Source of the DNA: Pedosphaera sp.
GTDB lineage: Bacteria; Verrucomicrobiota; Verrucomicrobiia; Limisphaerales; SIBH01
Length of the DNA: 64,000 bases
NCBI GenBank assembly: GCA_031414955.1
Contig: JANOQV010000105.1
Location: forward strand, 32,001-96,000
Direction of reading: 5' to 3'
Both the position numbers and the translations under genes were made by a program. Shown here piece after piece: positions 18,873-28,557 of this stretch. Under the pieces are notes generated by a model. It made no database searches, was not told the origin of the DNA, and saw only the letters and a list, made by a program, of their open reading frames with translations. Numbering within the stretch: the first letter of the stretch is position 1; every line of letters begins with the position of its first letter.

Positions 18873-20531
18873 ATGAAGAAAGTTTGGCCAATTCTATGTC
18901 TGGTGTGCGGCGCGCTGCTGTTGGGCGGCGCACTGCTCGTGCCGGTGCATTGGCGCGCGGTGGATGCCTCGGCGGTCGAACGCGCAGGCCGGGGAGGCGC
19001 CGGCGCGGCCACCCCCACTTTGATTGAGGAAGGTCTGACTTTCCTGAGCGTGGAAAAACTCGGCCCGGCTCGGATGCTCTTGCGCACCGCTCAATCGGAG
19101 GGTGTGCCGCGCGCCGAGGTGCTGGCGGCGGCGGTCGCCCAGTTTGCCAAGGACAATCCCGCTCAGGTGGCACTGGGCGGCGAGGAACCGGTTTTGAGCA
19201 AGGTGGATCTGGCTCTGGGCGCGCTGACCGAGCCGCGTCCGATCGTGGAGTTGCTGGCCCGCCGCACGGCGCGCGAGAAGGCGCTGCAATCCTTGCAGCA
19301 ATCGCGCCGGCCCGCCGTGTTGCAGATTCTCAAGAACCGTAATCTCACCCGGACGGTTCACTTTCCTGCGGCGACGTCCTCCTCCGGTCAGGCCCTGGAA
19401 GCAGCCATCATTACCGCCGGCCTCTTGTTTCAAGGCGACTATTTCACGGCATCGTTCCGCGAGGCGCTGGAGTGGCTGGCGGTGAGCGCGAATCGCGGCG
19501 AGAACTCCGGCGCACTCGAACTGGTCTATCTCGATCTGCTCTCCGTGGGCAAACGCCTCGACTGGGTGTCCATGACGGAACTGGTCAAACATGTGGACAG
19601 CATCGCCACCTTGCGCGACCTCGCCGAAGCGGTGCGCTCCCACGAGGACGCCATGCCGAACATCTTCGCGGCCGTCGCCCTGTCGGGCAACGGCCGGGGC
19701 GTGGCCAAGTATCTCGACACCTTTTCCGAGACCGGGATGAATGACGTCAACTTCGCCCTGCGCCACGGGCGCGGCGCGGTGGATTTGCTCATCAAGCAGC
19801 AGCAGCGCATTTATTCCGCCGGCCAGTTTCGCAGCCAGGTCGTCAAGTATGATCCGTTTGGTGCGTTCTTCCACGGCCTGATGCCAGCCGCCATTGGCTC
19901 CCATGTCGGCGCCTTGTTTCTAAAGTATGCCCTGCTGCTCTTTGCCGCTTTGTTCATCGCCCGCACCATCGGGTTCATCGTTCCGCCGGTCGGCCATCGC
20001 TTCGGCGTGCGGTTCGGTGCCGACCTGGTGCTGGCCGCAGCCATCGCCTTCATCGTCGCGCTCTCGGTCGAGCCGTTCGTCGGGCTGCCCGCCCAAATCA
20101 CGGAACTTCCTTTTCGCATCCAATTCCCCGGCTTCGGGGACGCCGCCGCCACCAATCCGCAAACCATCCATCAACCATTTATGAAACAACTCAGCCTTGT
20201 CTCACTGTCGGTGTTCTTCGTCATCCAGGCGCTGATCTACGTCTGGTGTCTCGCCAAGATCGCGCAGATCCGCCGCGAGCCAAACAGCGCCCGCGTGAAG
20301 CTGCGCCTCCTGGAGAACGAAGACCACCTCTTCGACGCCGGCCTCTACATCGGCTTCGCCGGCACGGTCATCTCGCTCATCCTCGTGGCGCTGAACATTC
20401 TCGGCAAAGGCAGCACGATGATGGCGTATTCCTCGACCTCGTTCGGCATCATCTTCGTCTCGGTGCTGAAGATTTTTCATCTCCGCCCGCTGCGCCGGAA
20501 GCTGATCCTCGAAAGTGAAGAGCAGCCATGA
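18873..20531 (+). CDS. Membrane protein with a large helical N-terminal domain and a C-terminal MotA/TolQ/ExbB-like 3-TM module
   Basis: C-terminal GLYIGFAGTVISL and MAYSSTSFGIIF resemble TolQ/ExbB TM2 and TM3. Confidence 0.6.
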   Translation: MKKVWPILCLVCGALLLGGALLVPVHWRAVDASAVERAGRGGAGAATPTLIEEGLTFLSVEKLGPARMLLRTAQSEGVPRAEVLAAAVAQFAKDNPAQVALGGEEPVLSKVDLALGALTEPRPIVELLARRTAREKALQSLQQSRRPAVLQILKNRNLTRTVHFPAATSSSGQALEAAIITAGLLFQGDYFTASFREALEWLAVSANRGENSGALELVYLDLLSVGKRLDWVSMTELVKHVDSIATLRDLAEAVRSHEDAMPNIFAAVALSGNGRGVAKYLDTFSETGMNDVNFALRHGRGAVDLLIKQQQRIYSAGQFRSQVVKYDPFGAFFHGLMPAAIGSHVGALFLKYALLLFAALFIARTIGFIVPPVGHRFGVRFGADLVLAAAIAFIVALSVEPFVGLPAQITELPFRIQFPGFGDAAATNPQTIHQPFMKQLSLVSLSVFFVIQALIYVWCLAKIAQIRREPNSARVKLRLLENEDHLFDAGLYIGFAGTVISLILVALNILGKGSTMMAYSSTSFGIIFVSVLKIFHLRPLRRKLILESEEQP

Positions 20532-21955
20532 ACCGCTCGATCCTCATCGTCATCTGCGACTTCCTGCTCGTCACGCTGGTGGCGTTCTCGAACTTCGACA
20601 CCGACAAGCTGGAGCAGCCCGAGACCCGCATCGCCCAGGCGCCCAAGGGCATCGGCGGCAACCAGGACATGATGGGCACGCTCCAACTCGCCCTCGAGGA
20701 CGAGAAGCAGACGCGCGAGAAGTTGACCTCTGATTTGCGCGCGCAGGAGCAGGCGGCCACCGAGCGCGAGCAGAAGATCAAGGAGTTCCAGGAAAGCCTC
20801 CGGCGCACCGAGGAGCAGGCCAAGCAAATCGAAACGCAACGGTCCGCGCTCGCCCAGCAGGCGGCCGCCGCCCAGTCGAGTTTGCAGGATGTGCAGGGCA
20901 AGCTCTCCACGGTCAGCGCGCAGAATCTTGTCTCCCAGGAAAAGCTCGCTTCACTCCAGGCGGATCTGAAGAAACGTGAAGAGGAAGCCAAGGTGCTCCA
21001 GGCGAAACTCTCCGAGACCGAGCGCGCCGCGCAGGCCACGCTGGCGGAGAAGCAGCAGATCTCGGCGCAGCTTCAAGTGTCCGAAGCCGAAAAGCGCCTG
21101 ACCCGCGAGCAAGTCGCCGAACTGCGCGGCACCGTCGCCACCGAGCGCCAGGAAAAGGCGAAGCTTCAGGAGCATGCCTCGTCCCTGGCCACGAATCTCT
21201 CCACCCTGGCCCAGCAATCGGGTGAACTGACCAAGGAGATTCGCGACACCCGGCCGCTCTCGCCGAATGCCATCTTCAACGGCTTCCTCAGCAACCGTAT
21301 CACGGCCAGGTTCGATGCGGCCCGCAGCGGCCTCTTCGGTCGCGACGTGGCCAAGGAGAAGAGCAGCCAATGCCTGCTGTTCACCGAGGGCACGCAGACC
21401 TTCGCCCTGTTCCATGTGGACAGCACGCCGCTGACGATTTGGAATCCAGGCACGGACTGGAGCAGCCTCACCACAGTCCTGCAGCACGGAAAAGTCGCAT
21501 TTTCTGGCGTGAGATTGTCGTTCCTCGCCCAAGATCCACGCGTGGTAGTGGTGCCCATCGGCACCGCGCAGGCCAAACAATATGGCGTGAAGATTTACAA
21601 TGCCGGCATCGATCCGTTCAAATTCCAGGAGGCCGTCATCGTGGGAGCCAACGAAGGCTATTACGGCGAGTGCAAGTTCCAAATCGACACCAGCACGCCC
21701 AACTACGTGAAGGTCGATCGCAGCCTGCTCAAGGGCTTGTTCGGACAGTTCAACCCCTCGCGCGGCGACTTCGTCCTGACCAAGACCGGCGACCTCATCG
21801 GCGTCATGGTCAACGGGGAGTATTGCGCCCTGCTGAACAAGGTCATGCCCACGCGCACTATCACCCTCGGCAACGATGTCTCCACCCAGCAGACCGGCCA
21901 GATGCTTTCGCAGCTCTACGATCGCATCTTCCAGATGCCGCTGAAGCTGCAGTAA
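20528..21955 (+). CDS. Bitopic protein: Asp-containing N-terminal TM, long coiled coil, degenerate trypsin-like C-terminal domain
   Basis: MNRSILIVICDFLLVTL; roughly 200 aa Q/E/K/A heptads; FNPSRGDFVLTKTGDLIGV resembles HtrA NPGNSGGPLVNLNGEVIGI; ATGA overlap with upstream gene. Confidence 0.6.
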   Translation: MNRSILIVICDFLLVTLVAFSNFDTDKLEQPETRIAQAPKGIGGNQDMMGTLQLALEDEKQTREKLTSDLRAQEQAATEREQKIKEFQESLRRTEEQAKQIETQRSALAQQAAAAQSSLQDVQGKLSTVSAQNLVSQEKLASLQADLKKREEEAKVLQAKLSETERAAQATLAEKQQISAQLQVSEAEKRLTREQVAELRGTVATERQEKAKLQEHASSLATNLSTLAQQSGELTKEIRDTRPLSPNAIFNGFLSNRITARFDAARSGLFGRDVAKEKSSQCLLFTEGTQTFALFHVDSTPLTIWNPGTDWSSLTTVLQHGKVAFSGVRLSFLAQDPRVVVVPIGTAQAKQYGVKIYNAGIDPFKFQEAVIVGANEGYYGECKFQIDTSTPNYVKVDRSLLKGLFGQFNPSRGDFVLTKTGDLIGVMVNGEYCALLNKVMPTRTITLGNDVSTQQTGQMLSQLYDRIFQMPLKLQ

Positions 21956-21961
21956 CGGCCG

Positions 21962-22615
21962 GTGAAAACCAACGCCTCGGGAATCCTGCTGCTGGGTTTG
22001 GGGTTTCTTATCGTCGGCTGCGCTTCGTTCGCGAAGCGCCTGGAAGCGGTCACGGTTTCAAAAATCCAGCCTGGGTCCACGACGCGCCCAGAAGTGGAGC
22101 AACGTCTCGGTGTACCCAGCGAAACCGTCCGGGGAACCAATGGCACCAGGGTGGTGAGATATTTCTTTCATGAGTTTGAACGCTCAATGGATGTGAGCCA
22201 CCACCGTCGGCGCTTCGAGCCGGGCCTCGTCCTTTTCCGCACGCTCACGCTGAGTTACAGCCCCGAGGAGGTTGTCACGCGCCGGCTATACGATGAAAGC
22301 CTCACGCCAATTTACCGGACCAACGCCTGGTTCTCAGCTGGGCCGGTGCTGACGTCCGCATCGACTGCCTTTTGCCAGCGCGGCGTCACGACGCACTCTG
22401 AGGCCGTGGACCGGCTCGGCAGGCCCAGTTCGCACACTTTTGATCAGACTGAAGGTTCAGTGCTCGTCTGGTTCAGCCTCAAGACCCGCCAATCGAACTG
22501 GAGCGATCCAGACATCGGGAAACTAATCATGAGGTTCGACGAGCGTGGAGTGCTTGGAGACTTCACCCTGGTCGAACACGTCCGGATCAACCTTGATCCA
22601 TTGGCTCTCCCCTGA
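21962..22615 (+). CDS. Lipoprotein with two BamE/SmpA-like repeats
   Basis: Lipobox IVGC; IQPGSTTRPEVEQRLGVP and QRGVTTHSEAVDRLGRP. Confidence 0.65.
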   Translation: MKTNASGILLLGLGFLIVGCASFAKRLEAVTVSKIQPGSTTRPEVEQRLGVPSETVRGTNGTRVVRYFFHEFERSMDVSHHRRRFEPGLVLFRTLTLSYSPEEVVTRRLYDESLTPIYRTNAWFSAGPVLTSASTAFCQRGVTTHSEAVDRLGRPSSHTFDQTEGSVLVWFSLKTRQSNWSDPDIGKLIMRFDERGVLGDFTLVEHVRINLDPLALP

Positions 22616-22729
22616 ATAGAGAGCGGCCCCGGCGACAATCGGCCGATCACGGCTGAAGCGCGCCCGTTTTCCGTACCCCATTAGGAATTGAAGATTGCCC
22701 GTGACCAGCCTCTCCGGTAAGTCACACCC

Positions 22730-23116
22730 ATGCGTTTCCTGCGCCAGTATCGATTCATTGTCGCGTTCTTTCTGCTGCTGATCTTTTGCACCGTGATGTG
22801 GGTCCGGCAGATGAATATTCGCCAGTCCAAGCATGTCGAAATGCGCGAGGCTTTCATCCTGCTCTTCATGCGCAACTACACCCTGGAGGCGCGGCATCTC
22901 TTCGACAAGCTGGTCATCGAGGTGCCTAAGTACACCGGGAAGCTTTCCGACAAGGAAGTGCTGGATGACTTCCAGCGCACCCTGCTGCTGGTGGATCCTT
23001 ACTCCAACCAGACCAACAACCTGATTTGGAAGTACCATTGGATGCTGAGTGAGGAACTGGACAAACGCTCCGTGGATCTGCTGGAGCGTGCCCACCAACT
23101 GGCCGAAAAGGAATAA
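22730..23116 (+). CDS. Hypothetical membrane-anchored protein
   Basis: 128 aa, N-terminal TM helix, host-like codon usage. Confidence 0.65.
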   Translation: MRFLRQYRFIVAFFLLLIFCTVMWVRQMNIRQSKHVEMREAFILLFMRNYTLEARHLFDKLVIEVPKYTGKLSDKEVLDDFQRTLLLVDPYSNQTNNLIWKYHWMLSEELDKRSVDLLERAHQLAEKE

Positions 23117-23198
23117 TGGCAAAGGCCGAGCGCGCCGTTGACAGCCAGGTGGACGCGGCATACTTTTCGCCGTCACTTAAACCCTTTGGATTGAAGTC

Positions 23199-23954
23199 AT
23201 GTTGCTGCGAATCAGTTTAATTTTGGCGATCCTGGCCGGTCTCGGCACGATCGCGGTCATCCACACCAAGACCCGCGAGCACATCAACGGCATCCGGACC
23301 GTGCGGGACGAAAACATTCAAGGCCGCGCGAAGGAAAAGGGCCGCGCGGAAAAAGCCGAGAAGGAACTGGCCTCCACCAAGGACACTCTCACTCAGACCA
23401 AAGACACCCTGGCCAAGACCGAGGAGGAATTGAACGGAGCCAAGCAGCGTCTCGTCGTCGCGGAGGAAAGCATCGGCAAACTGAAGGGTGAGTTGGCCGG
23501 TGCCGTAGAGAGCCGGAAGAAGGCCGAGGCTGACTTGGCCAAGTGGAGCTCGCTGGGGCTTACCCCCGAGCAGGTGGTGGAACTAGGCAAAAAGGAAAAA
23601 GCGCAAAAGGATGCCATCGCCGCGTTGGAGGACGAGAAGTTGATTTTGGCGCGCAATGCCAAGGAACTCCAAAACAGGCTCGACATTCTCCTGGGGGGCG
23701 ATGAATTCGTCGTCAAACTCCCGGCCAACACCAAAGGCAACATTATGGCGGTTGATCCCAAGTGGAATTTCGTCGTGGTCGATCTCGGCAAGAACAAGGA
23801 AATGCTCGAAGGCGGCGTCCTCATGGTGCATCGCAACAGCCAACTCGTCGGCAAGGTCCGCATCCGCGAAGTGCAGGCCGACCGCTGCGTGGCCACGGTG
23901 ATGCCCGGCTGGCAATTGGGCGAAATCGAAGAAGGCGATCAGGTCATTTACTGA
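23199..23954 (+). CDS. Membrane-anchored coiled-coil protein with a C-terminal beta-barrel (FlgT-C-like)
   Basis: N-terminal TM, coiled coil, GNIMAVDPKWNFVVVDLG...VGKVRIREV...GDQV. Confidence 0.7.
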   Translation: MLLRISLILAILAGLGTIAVIHTKTREHINGIRTVRDENIQGRAKEKGRAEKAEKELASTKDTLTQTKDTLAKTEEELNGAKQRLVVAEESIGKLKGELAGAVESRKKAEADLAKWSSLGLTPEQVVELGKKEKAQKDAIAALEDEKLILARNAKELQNRLDILLGGDEFVVKLPANTKGNIMAVDPKWNFVVVDLGKNKEMLEGGVLMVHRNSQLVGKVRIREVQADRCVATVMPGWQLGEIEEGDQVIY

Positions 23955-23955
23955 A

Positions 23956-24114
23956 ATGAACTTGTTCCGATTAATTTTTCTCTGTGCCGCCGTCGTTGCC
24001 GCCTGCACGGGATGCAAGACCTCTCCGGAGCCGGAGAACGCTTCCGAGCGTCCCTGGAACGGCCAGCGCGGCTGGGAGCACGGACTGCCAGCGGGCATCA
24101 ATCAGGGACGGTAA
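23956..24114 (+). CDS. Small lipoprotein, 52 aa, absent from the ORF track
   Basis: MNLFRLIFLCAAVVAACTGCKTSPEPENASERPWNGQRGWEHGLPAGINQGR; lipobox CTGC; starts 1 nt after the upstream stop. Confidence 0.75.
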   Translation: MNLFRLIFLCAAVVAACTGCKTSPEPENASERPWNGQRGWEHGLPAGINQGR

Positions 24115-24204
24115 ACCTCGGCAGTTTTTCCCGTTCTCCTTCGATTCATTTCGGCGGCATGACTTCAATTGACAGCCCGCGCACCCTTTCCGCACTCTAG
24201 TTCC

Positions 24205-25113
24205 ATGTCGAAACCCGCTCTTGGCCGTGGACTCGGCGCGCTGCTCGGGAATACGCCCGTGGCACCCGCCATGCCGGCCAATCCCCCCCCTGCCCCGGTC
24301 GATGACCGAGATCGTGTCTTGCGCGTCAAGCTCGACCGCATCAAGCCCAGCCCGCTCCAACCCCGCAAAGATTTCACTCCGGAGGCGTTGCAGGAACTGG
24401 CCGCCTCGATCAAGGAGCAAGGCATTGTGCAACCACTCATCGTGCGCGATCAAAAGACGCACTACGAACTCATCGCCGGCGAACGCCGCTGGCGCGCGGC
24501 GCAGTTGCTCATGCTGGCCGACGTGCCGGTCATCGTGCGCCAGGCCGACGATCGTTCGGTCCTCGAACTGGCGTTGATTGAAAATCTGCAGCGCGAGAAT
24601 CTGAACCCGATGGAGGAGGCGCTCGGTTACTCGCAACTCATCGGGCAATTCCAACTGCGCCAGGAAGATGTCGCGACCAAAGTGGGCAAGAGCCGCGTGG
24701 CCGTGGCCAACGCCCTGCGCCTGCTCAAGCTTGCCCCCGAGGTTCAGATTTACGTGCGCGATGGCCGCCTCTCCGTCGGACACGCCAAAGTGATCTTGTC
24801 CCTGGCGCTGGGCGAGCAGCAGAAGCTCGCCGCCGAGCGCGTGCTCAAGAACGGTCTGACCGTGCGCCAGGTTGAGGAACTGGTCTCGCACTTGCAGAAC
24901 CAGCCCGCAGCGACGTCCGGCACCCCGATGCCGGCCGGACTTCCAGCCATTCGTGACCTGCACGTCGTCGCGGTGGAGAACAAGATTCGCGAGCGCTTCG
25001 GCACCAAGGTCCAGTTGCGCTACCGCCAGGGTAAAGGCTCCATCGAAGTGAAGTTCTACAGCGAAGCCGACCTGGATCGAATCCTCAACGTCATTGGAGT
25101 TAAACCCGACTGA
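24205..25113 (+). CDS. parB: ParB/Spo0J partition protein
   Basis: LGRGLGALL, QPRKDF, IAGERRWRAA, ALIENLQRENL, HTH. Confidence 0.95.
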   Translation: MSKPALGRGLGALLGNTPVAPAMPANPPPAPVDDRDRVLRVKLDRIKPSPLQPRKDFTPEALQELAASIKEQGIVQPLIVRDQKTHYELIAGERRWRAAQLLMLADVPVIVRQADDRSVLELALIENLQRENLNPMEEALGYSQLIGQFQLRQEDVATKVGKSRVAVANALRLLKLAPEVQIYVRDGRLSVGHAKVILSLALGEQQKLAAERVLKNGLTVRQVEELVSHLQNQPAATSGTPMPAGLPAIRDLHVVAVENKIRERFGTKVQLRYRQGKGSIEVKFYSEADLDRILNVIGVKPD

Positions 25114-26246
25114 TGCTTGCCTTGCCCCAGGAACTGCGCGAGCAGTGCGCCAAACAACTGCTCGCCTCGGCAGAAAAAGCCAGCCAACTCACGGCCTTCG
25201 TCGGACTGGATGGCTTCGTCGATGAGATCCTCCATCTCGTCGATGTGCGCCACAACGCGGCCGAGTTCGAGCGCCTCCCGACCATCGCGCGATTGGCGGA
25301 ACGGCTGGCCGGCGCCGCCGGCCAGAGCACCAACCTCGAGGCCGTGACCCAGCGCGTGAAGCTCGGTGGCAACGGACCCATCATGGCCAATGCGCTTTGC
25401 CGCTTCGGCGTGAAAGTCACTTATGTCGGCGCGCTCGGTTATCCGAGCCTGCATCCGGTGTTCGCTGACTTCGCCGCCAGCGCCGAGGTGCATTCCATCG
25501 CCCCGCCGGGACTGACTGACGCCTATGAGTTCCAGGACGGCAAGGTGATGATCGGCAAGACCGTGCAACTGGGCGAAATCACCTGGGAGAACATCCAGTT
25601 GCGCGTCGGCCGCAAATGGTTCGCCGATAAATTCTTCAGCTCGGACCTCGTGGCCTTCGTGAACTGGACCATGATCCCGTTCATGAGCGACATCTGGGAA
25701 GCCGTGCAAAAGGAACTCTGCCCGGCCAGTAAAGTCCGGCGGCGGAAAATCTTCTTCGACCTGGCCGATCCCGAGAAGCGGACCCAGGAGGACATCGGGC
25801 GCGCGCTGAAATTGATCGAAGGATTCCGCGCCTACTTCGACGTGATCCTCGGGCTGAACGAAAAGGAGGCGAGGGAACTGGGCGCGGTGCTCGGTCTCGG
25901 CGAGGACACGAGTTCGCGCGCCGCTCTCTCCAGCCTGGCTCGCAAAATCCGGCAGACGACCGGCGTGGACACGCTGGTCGTGCATCCGGTGACTTACGCC
26001 GTGGCGGTCACGGGCGATGATTGTGAAATCGTGGACGGCCCGTTCATCGCCCAACCGCTGATCACCACCGGGGCCGGCGATCATTTCAACGCCGGCTTCT
26101 GCCTCGGCAAATCCCTCGGCCTGGACGACGAAATGTCCTTGCTGGCCGGCGTGACCACGAGCGGCTTCTACGTCCGCAACGCGCAAAGCCCGCGCCTCAC
26201 CGATCTCGCCGACATGATGCGGCACTGGCCCAGCAAAGAATCGTGA
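25113..26246 (+). CDS. PfkB/ribokinase-family carbohydrate kinase-like protein
   Basis: KLGGNGPIMA, LNEKEA, ITTGAGDHFNAGF. Confidence 0.8.
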   Translation: MLALPQELREQCAKQLLASAEKASQLTAFVGLDGFVDEILHLVDVRHNAAEFERLPTIARLAERLAGAAGQSTNLEAVTQRVKLGGNGPIMANALCRFGVKVTYVGALGYPSLHPVFADFAASAEVHSIAPPGLTDAYEFQDGKVMIGKTVQLGEITWENIQLRVGRKWFADKFFSSDLVAFVNWTMIPFMSDIWEAVQKELCPASKVRRRKIFFDLADPEKRTQEDIGRALKLIEGFRAYFDVILGLNEKEARELGAVLGLGEDTSSRAALSSLARKIRQTTGVDTLVVHPVTYAVAVTGDDCEIVDGPFIAQPLITTGAGDHFNAGFCLGKSLGLDDEMSLLAGVTTSGFYVRNAQSPRLTDLADMMRHWPSKES

Positions 26247-26815
26247 AACTGCCCATCCACAAATTTGGCGATCCGATCCTCCGGCGCAAAGGCGCGCGGA
26301 TCGAGAAGATCACTCCCGAGATCCAGAAGTTCGTCGCCGACATGTTCGACACCATGTACGACGCGCGCGGCGTGGGCCTGGCTGCGCAGCAGGTCGGCCA
26401 GGCTTTGCAAGTCACGGTCATCGACGTGCGGGGCATCAAGGATCGTCCCTCGACCATGCACATCGCTGGCCAACCGGTTGATCTCGAAGCCCACATGCCT
26501 TTGGTCCTGATCAATCCCGAGTTGAAGCCCGGCCCGGACACTGTCAAAGGCCCGGAAGGCTGTCTCAGCTTCCCGGAAGTTTTTGCCGACGTCATCCGAC
26601 CCGCCGAAGTGGACGTGACGGCGATGAACAACCAAGGCGAGACGTATTCCTTCCGGGCCGGCGGACTGCTGGCCAAGGCCGTCCAACACGAGTTCGATCA
26701 CTTGCAGGGAATTCTCTTCATCGACCGCATGACCACCGAGGACAAAGCCGACGTGCGGGCCGAGATCGACCTGCTGGCGGAGGAGACCAAGGCGGAGTTG
26801 AAGAAGAAGCGGTGA
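26243..26815 (+). CDS. def: Peptide deformylase
   Basis: GVGLAAQQ, EGCLS, QHEFDHLQG. Confidence 0.96.
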   Translation: MKLPIHKFGDPILRRKGARIEKITPEIQKFVADMFDTMYDARGVGLAAQQVGQALQVTVIDVRGIKDRPSTMHIAGQPVDLEAHMPLVLINPELKPGPDTVKGPEGCLSFPEVFADVIRPAEVDVTAMNNQGETYSFRAGGLLAKAVQHEFDHLQGILFIDRMTTEDKADVRAEIDLLAEETKAELKKKR

Positions 26816-26859
26816 AGTGAAAATCCTGCGTCTGGTCGAGGCCCGAAGCACCCTTGCGC

Positions 26860-27606
26860 TTATCGGGCCGGAGCCGGAACCGGAGATCCGGCCTCAGCGC
26901 GCGGGCGCTTGGCCTTCTTCGACGCCTTGAAAATGTCGCCGAGGGCAGGAAACAGATTTTCGCGCACCACCTCGTTCGTGGACAGCACGGGCAGCAGCGC
27001 CCACATCAACTTGCCCGTGATGTCGTCTTGCGTTTTCAAGTTCTGCATCACGGCGTCCTTCAGGCCGATGTTGAGCACCTGATTCTTCCGGGCGTCTGCG
27101 AGGTCGGTAAACCTGAGCCGGTCGATGGTGAGATACAGAGTGTCGATGCCGTCGAAATTGTCCCCGGCGCTGGGGTCCTTCTCCTTGTTCCGGCGTTTGC
27201 GCTCCTGGGCGTGCTTATCCAGCAAGTCGAGATTGGAAACACCGTTCTTGTCCTTCACGAGGTGAAGTTCGGCCAGATGCACTCGCAGGGTCTTGAGCCG
27301 GATTTTCCCTTGGCCCGCCGCGTCGATGTCGTACTCCATGCGCATCTCGGGCAGATCGAGCAGGCTGCCGCCGCCGAAGCCAGCCGGGTTGTAAATCTTC
27401 AAGCCCTGCATGTTCATCGTGGGGGTGGCCAGGCCCAGTTCCATTCTCGTGATCTGCGCGTCCATGCCGGTGCCGTCGCGCAGGTTCCGTTCCGTGAGGG
27501 TTTTGGCCAGCACGTCCTTGAGCAGCACCAACGCCACCACCAGCAGCACGCCGCTAAAAATCAGCGTGACGGTGGCGCGGATGATCCAGCGTAGAATCGT
27601 TCTCAT
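26860..27606 (-). CDS. AsmA-like membrane-anchored protein
   Basis: N-terminal TM then LKIYNPAGFG...LVKDKNGVSNL. Confidence 0.6.
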   Translation of the reverse strand: MRTILRWIIRATVTLIFSGVLLVVALVLLKDVLAKTLTERNLRDGTGMDAQITRMELGLATPTMNMQGLKIYNPAGFGGGSLLDLPEMRMEYDIDAAGQGKIRLKTLRVHLAELHLVKDKNGVSNLDLLDKHAQERKRRNKEKDPSAGDNFDGIDTLYLTIDRLRFTDLADARKNQVLNIGLKDAVMQNLKTQDDITGKLMWALLPVLSTNEVVRENLFPALGDIFKASKKAKRPRAEAGSPVPAPAR

Positions 27607-27706
27607 GTAACTTGGTCCACAATCCTGACCGATGGCCGTCCCGAGGCCGATGGCCCCGGCCCCGAAGTCCAGGACACCAACGGTTGGTCGCATCTCCTTG
27701 TCACCT

Positions 27707-28315
27707 TCAGAGCGGAATGTCCTCCGGCCGAACTTCCAGGCACTCATCCTGATCCTCCCAAATCACGGCCGCGTAACTCTCCAGCAACCTGGGCGCAAGC
27801 GTTTGCCCAGCGGTGGCCAGCAGACGCTCCGCCGTCTGCGCGGCCTCCTCCAGTTTGTCCTGATAACCGCCGCCTCGCTTCTGCTTCTCCTTCTCCCAAT
27901 GCGCCACGCCGTGGACCGGCGCGTAGTCGTCAGCCCATTGGGCCAGCTCAGTTTGGAGCGCGGACGGAATGTCTTCAAACGCCACGGCCGTGCCGCCGCA
28001 ATGCGTGCAGCCCAGGCCCGACTCCTTCACATCGCGCGTCAGCAACGGCACCAGCGGCGCGCGGCAACACTCCGCTTCGAGATAAGCGGCCGGCAGGGTG
28101 GCCAACCGTCGCAATGAGAGTCCCCGGTCATGCGCCGTTTGCGCCGCGAGCCGGTAGGCACCGAGCAACGGGTGCGAGAGACGCCAGGTCCGGCCTTCCA
28201 ACTGGCCGAGCGTCTGCGCCATCCACCGCGCCAGCTTCAAGTCGTCGAACTCTTTGAAGACGTTCGCGTACTCCTGCCAAAGTTTGTCGAGAGGTGATTC
28301 CGGATTGCCCGCCAT
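27707..28315 (-). CDS. Hypothetical protein with a zinc ribbon
   Basis: ECCRAPL...CTHCGG; 202 aa; host-like codon usage. Confidence 0.65.
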   Translation of the reverse strand: MAGNPESPLDKLWQEYANVFKEFDDLKLARWMAQTLGQLEGRTWRLSHPLLGAYRLAAQTAHDRGLSLRRLATLPAAYLEAECCRAPLVPLLTRDVKESGLGCTHCGGTAVAFEDIPSALQTELAQWADDYAPVHGVAHWEKEKQKRGGGYQDKLEEAAQTAERLLATAGQTLAPRLLESYAAVIWEDQDECLEVRPEDIPL

Positions 28316-28557
28316 TGGCGCGGACGTTCCGGGTTCACCGGGCAAAGTTCAAGGGTGAAGGCGCGAGGAGAATGACTGCGCGTGCTGTTCGGCCCGGTGG
28401 CCGGTTAGCCAGCGGGGCGGGGCGCACTGGTGGCGATGAGACAATTTCCACCTTGCCGGCACGGGTCGTTGAGACTTTCCAGATGCACCGACTTTGACGA
28501 TCTCGGCAACTCTCAACTTCCAACCTTGAACCTCCTCTGCTACCAACGGCGCGCTCA

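Noticed and set aside
18873..21955. Calling the pair Zorya ZorA/ZorB
   Set aside because: No OmpA-like domain in B, no long C-terminal tail on A, no ZorC/D/E, and host-like composition
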